Positions 52,746 to 64,000 of a DNA stretch of 64,000 bases are shown here, piece after piece. The translations under genes and the position numbers were made by a program. This DNA is from Haplodiscus bocki (taxonomy: Eukaryota). Positions within the stretch are counted from its first letter, which is position 1, and the number at the start of each line of letters is the position of its first letter. The notes under the pieces are model-generated. The model ran no database searches. It worked only from the letters and a program-made list of their open reading frames with translations, and had not been told where the DNA came from. The stretch covers positions 29,636,001-29,700,000 of the forward strand of contig OZ296650.1 in NCBI GenBank assembly GCA_965655095.1, given 5' to 3'.

Positions 52746-53273
52746 GTCCAAGTGTGAAACAATTAATTTGAAACAAAACGTGATAAACCTATCAAATATT
52801 TCTTTCTAATAAGTTTATCACTACAATTAGTCTAATAGTTTTATTCTAATTCAAATAACGATTGATACTTTTGGAGTTTAAATAAGTGTAAAGCATGAAT
52901 CGGTGAAAGTATCAAACTGGTTGAGTTTTCAACAATCTACAATCCCACCTGCCAATAACCGAAAACTTGTGTTCCATGGCGATAATTGTGATGTGCTTGC
53001 CTCGCATTTATTAACTTTTTGAGCCGGAAATTAACTCTTTTGGGAGACAGCAAGCAGCAACCAGGGTTAAGTTTTTCAAGCATGAGGACTTGGAACGGTC
53101 GCCAGTAAAATCAGCGGACAGAATCGAAAATAATTAGTTTTTTTTCAATCCTGCCGGGCATTAAATGGGGCAAGACAATGAGCTCCCCAATAACGCTTAT
53201 AAATTCGGGAAACTCTGAACTATGCCGCTCCCTCCTAGACACCCAACCCATCAGACACGAACGGGTAGAAAGG

Positions 53274-53275
<2 letters not shown>

Positions 53276-53336
<61 letters not shown>
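53276..53336. repeat. (GA)n microsatellite, ~30 units
   Basis: Perfect AG run, read directly. Confidence 0.99.
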
Positions 53337-53339
<3 letters not shown>

Positions 53340-53349
53340 TCCCTCTTAT

Positions 53350-56300
53350 GCTGAAAAGGTGAAACTCACTCCAGATACTACTAACGCTACGAAGTTTCAG
53401 CGATCAAGATACCCGCAAGAGAAATTGATAAACCAGTTGTTTCCTTATATCAAGCTCGACTACAGTTTCGCTACTAAAACTGGTAAAGTTGTATTGCTCT
53501 TCAACAATGCTGATGATTGTGGAAAAGTCTTCACTGGTTGGAATCCCATTTTTTGGGAAACTCTACCGAAGCAGTCTATAATGAAGCGTCTAACAAGAAG
53601 CTTTTTGTCGTAATTAAAGATGTTTCAATTGAACTTTCGAATCATGTAATCGAGAAAGATTTTGGGAACTACATTGAGTTTAAACGACATCAACGTAGCA
53701 GTCGCCCTCTTCCTGTTTTAAAACTACTTTTCAAGTCAAAAACCGAATATGATATTGCTATCATTAGTGGAAGAAACATTGCAAATATGCATTTCAAAAT
53801 GGAAGCGAAAATCGATATAATTAAATTGATTCAATGTTCCAATTGTCAGAAATGGGGAAATCACATCTCCAAAATGTTCAAATTTCAACCAGTTTGTGCT
53901 ATTTTTGGCTACGACCGTCCTTCGAAATGTCATATTGATTGTTTTTGCTCCCATTGACCACTGCGACAAATGTATACCACTTGATTATATGTACTGCATA
54001 AATTGTCATGGTAACACCCTGCATTTGATAAAAGATGCAAAGTTTCAAAGGAGTATACGCTCGAGTTGCTTCAGAATTCAATGGATAATTCCACTTCTAA
54101 CCTCGCACTGATGCAAGTGAACATTGCAGGATTTTCGTTGCGTTCAATTTCGTCTCTGGATCGCTACATAAATGATAATAGTATTCATCTAGTTGCTGTG
54201 TCGGAATCTCATGGTCGAATGTTAGGATTCAAAAATTACGATGTGTACAAGTCTCGAGTGCAAACAAATGGATGAGTCTTGTTAGTAAACAATCATCTAA
54301 AATCCTATGAGGTGACAGAACGTGTTTTTGGATATTTATACGTCGTTTTTGTCTTTATAAAGTCTCGCGATACAGAATTTCTAGTCGGGTCAATATATGC
54401 TGGCTTGTCTGATGTTTTATGAGTTTTCATGAATTTGATTAGCTTTTTCAAAATTCTTCGCTGCAAAAACCAGCTCAAAGGTCCAGTTGTTCCGGGAAAT
54501 TTCAACGCACGGCATACGGCCTGGGGTGACACTACGTCTAATGGATGTGGAAAATTTATTTACCTTTTTTCGGTAATGAGGGCTTTGTTGTGTCATCTCC
54601 CTACGAAGCTACATTTGGTAAAAGCTATGTCAATGGTGGAAGTGTTATTAACTTCTGCCTGGGCGGGTCTTCAGTGTGCAATTTACTCTCTGATGCATTG
54701 GTTGTTACGGAGGTCGAACTCTTTACTGGTGCGCCTTCCGTTGGTCATTGGCCAATCTGTTATGAATGGAACATCACCAAACCTCTAAAATATTCGAGTT
54801 AGACATGTCCTTGTTCGTGTAAACTGGGATTATCATATTTTCTGTCTTGGAGGTGGACGTTGAGGTAAATTTCGATGTTTTGATTAAGCAATTCCCTTCA
54901 TAACTTCTACAAGCAATGAACGAACGTATCGATAAATGTAATCAGCTCATCTCACAAAATCGTGTCGACCCATTCAAAACCATCTTGGATTGCTAAATTG
55001 AGTGACCCAGCTCTGGATATCAATAAGGTGCGACGAAGGCTCAAGTGGAATTAAACTCCGTCTAATAAAGAAATCTTGGTCGATCTTAAACTGAGAATGA
55101 AGGAGGAAATTGGGAAAAACATCAACCAGTGGACTGAAGAAACTCTAAATGTGCTGAATGACACGAACAGTGGTAGATACTTCAGAGCGGTCAAACGCTT
55201 CAATGAGAACAGCTCATCAGAAAATGTTCCTATTTCGATTCACATTGGGAAAACGTAAGTTCTGACGCGGATAAGGCTAAAGTTCTCGAGAAAGTCTTTC
55301 TCCAAGGCGGACACCTCCGGAACAAATGTTTTGATGAATCTTTTCTCAATGGTGCTGTGTCAGTGGTTAATGTGGCTTTTATTGAGTCTAGAAACATTTT
55401 TGAACGAAATTCAATCATTGATATTTGCTTTGATATCAACAGAATAACTATGAATGAATTGGTTTCTGCAATTCATAGGGTTTATAGTATAAGGGTGCTG
55501 ATCCTCATAGCCTACACCCGCGATTTTTGAAGTTTTGTAAGTTTTTTACGCTCAGCTTTTTTTACACCTTTTTAACACGTGTTTAGATACGGGTTTCTGG
55601 CCTTTCAAAGAGGTGTCCGTTAGGCTCTTGAAAAAAGCGGGAAAAGTGTATTCAAATGCTACTTCTTATAGACCCATCTGGTTAGCTTCTCTTTTGTGCA
55701 AAGTATTGGAACGTAATTTCGATGAAAGTTTGAGAAAGCCAAAGCGCATCAAATTGGAGGCTGAGCAATACGGCTTCAGGGAGGACGTTCAACTATGAAT
55801 TATCTTTACCAGCTGATATGATCTAAAAACCAGGATTGCTTCTAAGGATTTCTGTGTGGCCACTTTCTACGACTTAGCAAAAAGCTTTCTTATCAATAAA
55901 TGATAAGTTCTTCTATTGTTCGCTAAAAATTGGTTTGCATGTAAGAATCGTACCTCTAACTTATAGTTTTTTCAAAAACAAGTGCTCGCTTTGAAGTGAA
56001 CCAGTCTTTGGGGAATTTTTTACTCCATCCATTAGTGTACCGCAACGTGCAGTCCTTTCTCTATCACTAATCATAGTTTTCTTATCCGATTTTCTGAAAA
56101 ACTATGAAACGAAATATAAGTATGCTGATGATACTACGAGACTATGTTCTCCTTTTGAATCCGTCACGCAGTATGAAACTCCCGAAGAGTTTTGCAAAAC
56201 CTGGAGATTGGTCATTAACAGTACTAAAACTGAGCAAATGCTTATCAATACTGTTGCAAGTTCGGCAAAGTATCCAATTACGGATGTTGTCAAAGTTCTT

Positions 56301-57000
56301 GGTGTTAAAGTAGGTCGACAATTGAAGTTTAGAAGTCATGTTGACCTTTTGACGGCCTTCAACCTATTCACTGGGAATAATTTTATATGTATTATGAATA
56401 GAGGCATTAAGCCGACTTTCTTAATTATCTCACAGCTCGGGCTCAAAAATCAACTTTGCTATTATGCATTTTGAAGGAGCATGTAACTATCTGTAGGTCT
56501 TCTTTAAAATTCAATGATTGTCGCTTATCGCGAGATTATGATAAATTGCTTGAAGACTTCGATTTTTTTGTTGCAGCAGGACTCGAGGAAGTATTCTAGT
56601 TATAATTCATACGTGTTACACACATATTTGACAAAGAGAAACTGACAGTAAATAATTTCTACTGAATACAAGGGACTGATTGTAGGAAATAAACTTCTCG
56701 AAATATCGGATCGTAATAATGTGTCTACCAATTACCAGATCCTTACATTAAGGATATTAGTCAATGATTTTGGATTGAACATGTTGAAATACGATACGTG
56801 GAGTGCTGAACTCCCGCTCTGTGAGTGCGATGAATATGATACAGATGAGCATATCATTTTTTAACGTCAACGTATAAGTAGGCGCGTTAAAAAATTTTTT
56901 GATGGAGGAAGAAATGCCGTCTTGTCTGGTAGCTCCTATCAATTGTAAAAATGAGAAACCAATAAGGGCGTTTATCGACCTATTGAAGGTGAATGAAAGT
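53350..57000 (+). mobile_element. Decayed near-full-length APE-type LINE (I/Jockey-like): ORF1 with zinc knuckles, ORF2 APE-RT-CCHC
   Basis: ORF1 IQCSNCQKWGNH and CINCHGN. APE motifs LMQVNIAG, VAVSESH, GNFNARHTAWG, GHWPI. RT motifs YRPIWLASLLCKVLER, QYGFR, YADDT (56121-56135). C-terminal PLCECDEYDTDEHIIF at ~56815-56860. Confidence 0.85.
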
Positions 57001-58194
57001 TTTCTTGACTCCTGCGACACTTCATGAAAAATTGAACTCCAATCCATAATCTGTTGACACATGTACTCGTGCAACAAAGACAATAAAAGATTCTCTCTCA
57101 AGAAGCAGCACCACGGGATCTGTTTGAGCAAATTTTTCCAAAAATCTTCTGTTTTTTAATTCTTCTGGTGCGAACAACAAGAACTGAGTGAAGACATTCA
57201 ACAGATAGTATCGGGACCAGGAGAAAAAAACAGTGTTTGGTTTAAATCCGAATTGGAAAAAGTGGTCAATTTTGGTATTACACAAGGAAGTAGTGGAAGA
57301 CTATATTGAGTTAAGCAAGACTGCCAGGTCATTGAAGAAAAAAACTGCCATATCAATAGAAGACTTCGACTTTTCATGATCGACACGAAATTGTTTGGCA
57401 TATTGTCTTAGGGGACACTGTTCTATACTGATTTTTCAACATGATACACAGTGTATCAAATTCATTAGCTGAGTACCTTGTGACACAGACCACCGCTCTT
57501 CGAACAACAAAAATTCCACGAATCTTACTAGAGGAGCAGTGGCCTACCTTACGTCAGCAGCAAATCCCAGAAATGAATTTTTAGATACAACCTGGCAAGT
57601 TTTAGTTTTTGAATGGGGTAGAAATTTTCTTCGATAATTTCGGAAACTTTATTGTTTTTGATAGGCTTTTATCTGGTTTTGATTGTTGTTGCTGTACCGA
57701 ACTTTCGGTCTGAAGGATTTCATTTTACCGGCTTTGAGAAGCTCCGCATCGCCTCTCCGGTACACTTCCGCAATTAAGTGGTGTTTTGCAGGCTTTTCCC
57801 ACACGTTTCCGATGCGTTCACAACTCACTTTAGTTCATGAGCTTTCGCTTTTTGGCGAAAATTTGTTCATGAGGTTTCGGTGACTTGCAAAATTCTATTC
57901 ATATAGCCTGTTTTCCCGCGTCAGTGTTTGTTTTAATTATAAAGTGAATTAACTGAGTTTTGTTTAATCTGTACTTTTCGTTGTAACGTGGCCCCCTCAA
58001 ATATCCTGTATGCTTGCTCGATTCGTTCACTATTGTTCCGTTGGCGCAAGTGTTTCGAAACAGAGCTTCACCTCTGTGTTTAAAACCCGCAGTATAAGAA
58101 GTCTGCGGAGTATCAAAGACGTACTGTTTCACACTTTGCACAGGAAATTTTTTGACTTTCAGTTTCAAATTGGAAAACATTTATCTTGCTTCTT

Positions 58195-58685
58195 TTTTAC
58201 ACATTCTACCTGAAAGGTAGAAGGTGTATAGGAAACTGGTTTATGTTTAGTTTTCGTATCCTGTCCAAAACTTGATATTTTTAACGTGATCAGAGATCAT
58301 AGTCATCAAGTGTAAACGGTCAAAATGGCCTGTTTTCGGCAGGTACGTGTTTATTTTCGCGCTGCTTTATGTGCAAACTATCAAAAAATTGGACGGCAGC
58401 AGCGTAACTTGAAGAGGCGTGATTGGCGTATCAATTTTTGTGACCAATGAGACAGTGTGGAAAGTAATTGTTCATTTTTGCGTTTCTTACTGTGCAAAGA
58501 AATTCCTTAACATTGGGCATCAAATAAATAACGTAACCTGAAAAGACATCATTTGCATATCAAATTTTCGAGTATTTCTAAAACTGTCAATCGTATCTCC
58601 GATCATGGTTTCAAATGTCGTTTGGGATCCGTGATCTCAACTGAGAAGTCAGAATGTTTTGCGAAGTTGCGCTTCGCCTCTGTGT
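58195..58685 (+). repeat. Diverged dispersed element, copy 4 of 4
   Basis: TGATCTCAAC at 58632; hairpin GCGAAG-TTGCG-CTTCGC at 58661-58677. GGGATCCGTGATCTCAACTGAG is identical to copy 1. Confidence 0.78.
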
Positions 58686-59011
58686 TCAAACCTGTTCTCG
58701 GAGATTATTGGTTGGATTGCAGCCATCCAATGATTAATTTGAGTCCTGTTAACTAGAATTGCTTCTGAGCAGCTGTGTTTTGCATTTCATGTTCAGTGGA
58801 AACATGCTTCTATAAAATTTGCTATTAAGGAAACTTTACAAGAATAACTTGATCCGTTTGTCGTCGGTGGGCAATTAGTCGATGCCTTTCCTCACCATCG
58901 CAAGTGTATGCGAAGCACAGCTTGGCCTCTCTGTGTTGTTTTAGTACGAGTTTTCAAAAATTTTATTGTGCATTCACATGTTGAAATGTACATTTGCTGC
59001 CTGTGTTTTAG

Positions 59012-59453
59012 AAAGCAGTGGACGTTCCAGTGATAGCGAACGGAAACATTCTTTGTTTCCAAGACATTCACAAGTGTCTGGATGCTACAAACGCCGATGC
59101 TGTCATGTCTGCTGAAGGCAACCTCCATGACCCTGCAGTTTTTCATCCCACCTTGAATGTCAGAGTGGTAGACGCAGTCTCAGAGTATCGCAGGATTTGT
59201 GTACTCCATCCTCCAGCTTCAATGTCTTCAGTTCGTGGTCATGTTTTCAAAATGTGCTTCCATATTTTGCAGTATGAACAGTTTCTCTACCTCCGTGACG
59301 TCATCGCCGAAATTAAGACTGTGAATGATGTCGCAGGTTTCATCTCGAAATTAAAGGACGCTCTGGAAAAGAATAGTGAACTTGTGGAAAAGTCCAATGG
59401 CAGTGTTGTTGATATATGCAAAAAATGGGGTGGAGAATCTCATCATGATTTAA
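59012..59453 (+). CDS. DUS1L: DUS1L coding exon 2 (3' boundary uncertain; ORF stays open to 59584)
   Basis: Acceptor TTTTAG ends at 59011. KAVDVPVIANGNI...ADAVMSAEGNLHDPAVF...VRGHVFKM continues exon 1 in frame. Best phase-1 donor is GTGAGC at 59454. Confidence 0.85.
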
Positions 59454-60022
59454 GTGAGCTAGAAATTAGGAAAAATTTTCAAGTTGAAAAATGCTCTACT
59501 TTACTGAAAGATTCGTTATCGGGAAATTCCAAAGACCTATGCAAAAATGTACTGATAAGGTCACTCGTTGATCATCGGATATGAATAACAGTATTTCAGA
59601 AGCCAACTCAATTTTGTCTTTTCTAGTCTAAATTTATTTCAACTGATAGTCGGCAAATCCCATATAAATCTCAATAAGCCGGTAATGGCATGAATTCGGG
59701 ACAGCCTGTTTCTACTATACGTGTATATGCATTAGAAAGCAAAGAACCAAAGCCAATTTCTTGTGTCAGTCAAAGTTGTCAGTACACATCGATTGAAAAA
59801 GTCTTTCTAATCCTCCGACTTGTTTCAGGCGCCAACTATTAAGCAAAATTGGTGCTTAAAAATTCAATTGGATATACATTTCAAATTAATTTGTGAGCCA
59901 TTTCCCAATTTTATTGGTGAACATTACTTTGAGCTTCAGTTTCGAAGGCCTACAACAATGACTCTGATGGTCTATTTTTTGATATATTTCAAAAGAAAAC
60001 TTTTTAACAACACTACCTAAAG

Positions 60023-60405
60023 GTGATATGGGTCTCAACATCACATATTGCCAATCTCGGATCAGATGTTCAAATGATAACCAAACATCGAAAACTCAAA
60101 ACTTGCAGTTTTCTAGAGAAGACAGAAAAAGGACTCTTGCCAATATTCAGGCGACCCACGGTGGAATATCCAAGAAACAAGCTAAGCAAATCTTGAGAAA
60201 TCCCGACAGAACTCTGAGAGTGAGCAACAGAACGTGGCTGTACTGTGAGTGCAGACAACCCAAAAGCCAAGAGTGTGTGCACGAGAAATGCAAAATATGT
60301 TGCAGAAAGCTTTGTGCCGAAACTGATGTCAAATGCGAAAAACACCGCATCAGAACTCCGAAATTTGAGATTGGAAAAGCAGCAACTGCATTAAAAGCAA
60401 GTTAG
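60023..60405 (+). CDS. DUS1L: DUS1L terminal exon with Cys-rich C-terminal domain
   Basis: YCQSRIR, ISKKQAKQILRNP and CECRQPKSQECVHEKCKICCRK...CEKH resemble the metazoan DUS1L tail (SKNKQKKQLRNP; C..C....C...C..CC). Candidate acceptor AG at 60021-60022. Confidence 0.8.
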
Positions 60406-61500
60406 AAGTCCCGGTTTTGATTTTTTCGGCAATGATGTTTCAAAAAAGCTTCTGAATTGTGGTGCCCAAGATGAAATTGATCGGACAGTTACTTCAAGTT
60501 GAGAGAACTTGTTGTTTATTGGCAGCGTGGTCAATGAGGAACAACAATTGGCGGACTGACGAAACATGGATGGTCATTAGTAACGGACATTCAATTTGTA
60601 AAAGTTGATCTAATCTATTTTTTTCTGATGAATATAGTTTGAAATAGTGAATGGTTTTCTCACTGTAAACCCATGTGGTTAATACTGAGAAGTCGCGAGG
60701 AAAATTTCAAAATACACTCAACCGAAAATCAATATTTTCACCTGTGACATCCTTTTTGAATACACATATGGCATTGCTTTTGGGAATATTTCTGCCGATA
60801 GTAAAAAAAATCTGAGGGTAAAACAACCTCATGGTAACCCTGGAGTAGGTTTGATAGTACTGACTATTCCAGGGATTTGTATTAAGATCCAAAGTTCTAA
60901 TGTTGCACTATATCCCGTTTTCTTTTCTCAGTATTTCGCCGGAAAAACGAATGTGCACTGAAGGTGTTGGTTAGTGGCCCTGTATTTGAGTGGGGCAGTC
61001 ACAAAAAACAAGCTGAGAACGGCCAATGTTGATGCCGCCCGTAAGGCTCAAAATATTTGAAGGGGGCTTGGGTGTGTTGGATAGTTTTGATTACTCGGAA
61101 AAGTTTGATGGAACGTTACAAAAATTTTGATCTCAGAATCGAAAAAATATCACAGGTTGCTTTCTGCTAAATTTTGGAATTTGTATTTTGCAAAAACACG
61201 GTAATTTTTTGCGAGCTAGGCAGGTGTTCGCATTTTTGAAAAAAATGGGATAATTAAAGCGTTTTAGCGAGAATTTTTGAAAGCATTTGCTTTTCAAAAA
61301 AGTGATCATTTTCTGGTATTCGTTTTCTCGAACATATGGTGTATGTTAATATGCACTGCCGAAGTGAGTGTTTTGAAAGCCAATATCGCAATAAGTATTT
61401 GGGACTGAAAGAAAAAAACGTATGCAATGTGATATATTTCATCTAGAAAATACCTCATCTTAATGTTCTGTAATAGCCGGGCTAGAGAACCATTACTCAG

Positions 61501-61764
61501 GTGCTGAGTGAAAAGTTAAACGAGCACCCTAACAATACGTTTCAGATAGATATGGTGAAGCCTTCAACCAGCGCATCTGCAGTCTCTTCCCAGCCAGCCA
61601 TCGTGATTCACTCGGGGGGCTCTGTCGGCAACAGTGGGGGTGTTTCTCTGCACCAATCATGCGACGACCTTTCTGCCGATTCCAAATTTGAATTTGATTG
61701 CTCATCAGGGGCTGTTCCTGATATTCAGGCATTCCGATCCACTGATGACAATGGAACTGGAAAG
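61501..61764 (+). CDS. Probable exon of an unidentified downstream gene (Ser/Gly-rich; possible ATG at 61552)
   Basis: CTCAG acceptor ends at 61500 and AAG|GTTGGT donor is at 61765. The open frame is GC-richer than its flanks. No recognised family. Confidence 0.55.
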
Positions 61765-62186
61765 GTTGGTAGTTCATTAATTTCATACATATCAACCAAC
61801 TTTTATTTTCAAAAAGTTGCAGAGGATTTTGAATGTTTGAACAGTTTGTATAAACTTTTTCAAAAATCCTGCCATCACTTTTTTGAACTGCAATTAATTG
61901 GCGAGATTTGTAGTTTTTTTTCAAATTTGGAAATGGGTTATAAACCTGTGAAACGCGTAGCCAAATGGGGCCCTTGGAGTTTCTGAAGCCCCTGGTATGT
62001 TTGATCCAAACGTTTGATGAATTTAAAGTTGACCCTGGTGTATCCTTTTGTCATTTGTAAAACGTGTCAGTTCTATCGGTGCTAATGTGGAAAGGAAGGA
62101 TTCTTTGATATTTTATTATACCATTGACCTCTAGGTGGTAGTTTTGGAGTAGGATTGGAAGGAAAAGTGATTTGTTTGGAAGCAAG

Positions 62187-62900
62187 ACAAGACGGCAGGA
62201 TGTCACCAGCATCTTTCGCGCCTTCCCATTTTTGTAAAGAAGGCTTTTAAAAGATGAGAACGTTTTTTTTCTCAAAAAAACACTCCTTCTTCATCATATG
62301 CCTTAGTTAACAGATGATCTTGAACTTAGAATTCCTTGACCTTTAAACTATTTAACAATAAACTTTAAGCAATTCATGTAATTTATTCACAATTTATTTA
62401 ATGGGTAATAATACTGAGCATAAAATAACGAGCTCAGAAGAGTAATAATTCAATAATTGAAAGGTTCGTTTTATAAATAACAAAAAGGATCGTGACTCAA
62501 GCATCTGAAGCTTTTGTCCGCTCAGCTAAAATAGTTTTCTCGTTCCGAACTAGAAAAACAATCAAGACCTGAAATACAAGTATTGAAGTTCAAATTTTTT
62601 AATTATTCCAACGTTGAAAATTTCATGATTTTTTGCCAAAGCAACCCTCATAATTAGGGCGGAAAAGAAATTTTTAATATATCTTCCCATTTGGTAGGCA
62701 ATCTACAGCAAATTTGCCACCTTTAACGATTTCAAAAAAAATTCAAGTGTTTTCGAAAAGCCCATATATTTCTTCAAAAGCCCCAAATTTTGAACGTTTT
62801 GAGAACTCTTGCTATTTCAGTCGCCTTCTATGGCAAATTTGCTACAATTTGTTGAAAAAAGTTCACGCTCAGAAACGTGAACGAACATCGTGAACGCAAC
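62187..62900 (-). mobile_element. Second, inverted copy of the Helitron-like repeat at 30530-30983
   Basis: ACAAGACGGCAGGATGTCACCAGCAT resembles the reverse complement of 30957-30982. CTACAGCAAATTTGCCACCTTTA (~62703) is the reverse complement of ~30769-30791. Confidence 0.55.
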
Positions 62901-63515
62901 TGACAGACATTGGGTTAAAAAGCTCATAGGCTGCAAATACTCATAGGACGGAGTTGATTTTGATGTCTGAATAACTTTTTGGTATAAAATAGGAAGAGAC
63001 ATAGTTTCTGGTGGGATTCGATACCGCTACCTTTCGACTCGATTGATTTTATAAGGGGGTATCACGAAAAATATTTTGGACTGAAGTTTCAATTTTCTTT
63101 TTGAAAAAAATTAGATTTTTTGCACGTTCTGATTGCACAAGTCGGTTTCCAATACACATTTTCAATCAGAACGTGCAAAAAATCTAAGTTTTTTCGAAAA
63201 GAAAATTGAAACTTCAGTCCAAAATATTTTTCATGATACCCCCCTTATAAAATCAACCGAGTCGAAAGGTAGCGGTATCGAATCCCACCAGAAACTATGT
63301 CTCTTCCTATTTTATACCAAAAAGTTATTCAGACATCAAAATCAACTCCGTCCTATGAGTATTTGCAGCCTATGAGCTTTTTAACCCAATGTCTGTCAGT
63401 TGCGTTCACGATGTTCGTTCACGTTTCTGAGCGTGGACTTTTCTCAACAAATTGTTGCAAATTTGCCATACACTAAAAAAACTATGCACAAGTCGGCTTC
63501 CAATACACATTTTCA
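62829..63515. repeat. Inverted duplication P4: arms 62829-63135 and 63163-63470; the spacer recurs directly at 63485-63515
   Basis: The arms are near-perfect reverse complements. TGCACAAGTCGG(T/C)TTCCAATACACATTTTCA occurs at 63134-63164 and again at 63485-63515. Confidence 0.93.
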
Positions 63516-64000
63516 TAGTTCTTTTCTACTGTTGGTGCAAACGGAGGGTTTTAATTTATGATTCGCTTTGTCACTTGAATAACTCTCAAAAAATGCTCTC
63601 AAATGAAGCTAAATTTCAGAGAGTTCTTTTATGATGATGAAAAATTTGTTTTGAGCGATTTCACAGCTAATTTTTCCAGAGTTAAATTCGGGAATCTTTG
63701 TCGGTTGACTTTTTTGCGTGAGTTTTTGTGGAGAAAAGTGAGGAATGAAGAGAAAGACTGCTACCGTTTCCTCTTCCCGCATTGGATTTGGGATGATTGC
63801 TTGCTTTGCTCTCCAGCTCAGGACAGTTTTTCTGTCACGTAGCTTTTTTTCTATCGACTGAGCTTTAAAGGAGTCTCAATTTACAATTTTATGCGAGCGC
63901 GTTGATTTTTTTCGCTGAGAAAATAAAAAAGTCGAGATAATTCTGCTTTAGCAAATTTCCCTTGATAATATCCTTTTGGAATTCGAACTAAATTAAATGG

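Overview
This is AT-rich eukaryotic (animal-like) genomic DNA, not prokaryotic. Four genes lie on the + strand: the 3' end of GPR89/GPHR (<3..689); SCOC (exons 9221-9514, 13251-13389 and probably 30100-30121); DUS1L (exons 48058/48064-48645, 59012-~59453 and ~60023-60405); and one exon of an unidentified gene (61501-61764). Almost all other listed ORFs are noise in repeats. The dominant feature is inverted-repeat architecture at several scales. Two non-coding ~12-kb palindromes (16753-28994, probably inside a SCOC intron, and 31183-43081) have ~5.6-5.9-kb arms that share a degenerate ~155-bp repeat and show patchy arm-to-arm identity. There is also an 800-bp TA-flanked foldback MITE (47083-47883) and a 640-bp inverted duplication with a template-switch signature (62829-63515). 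Other repeats: a 3x1243-bp tandem array, a 2.8-kb tandem duplication, decayed RTE, CRE-like and APE-type non-LTR retrotransposons, and a Helitron-like family. A diverged ~400-550-bp hairpin-ended element occurs four times in sense orientation, three of them 270-465 bp upstream of a long-intron splice acceptor. All alignments and identity values are by-eye estimates.
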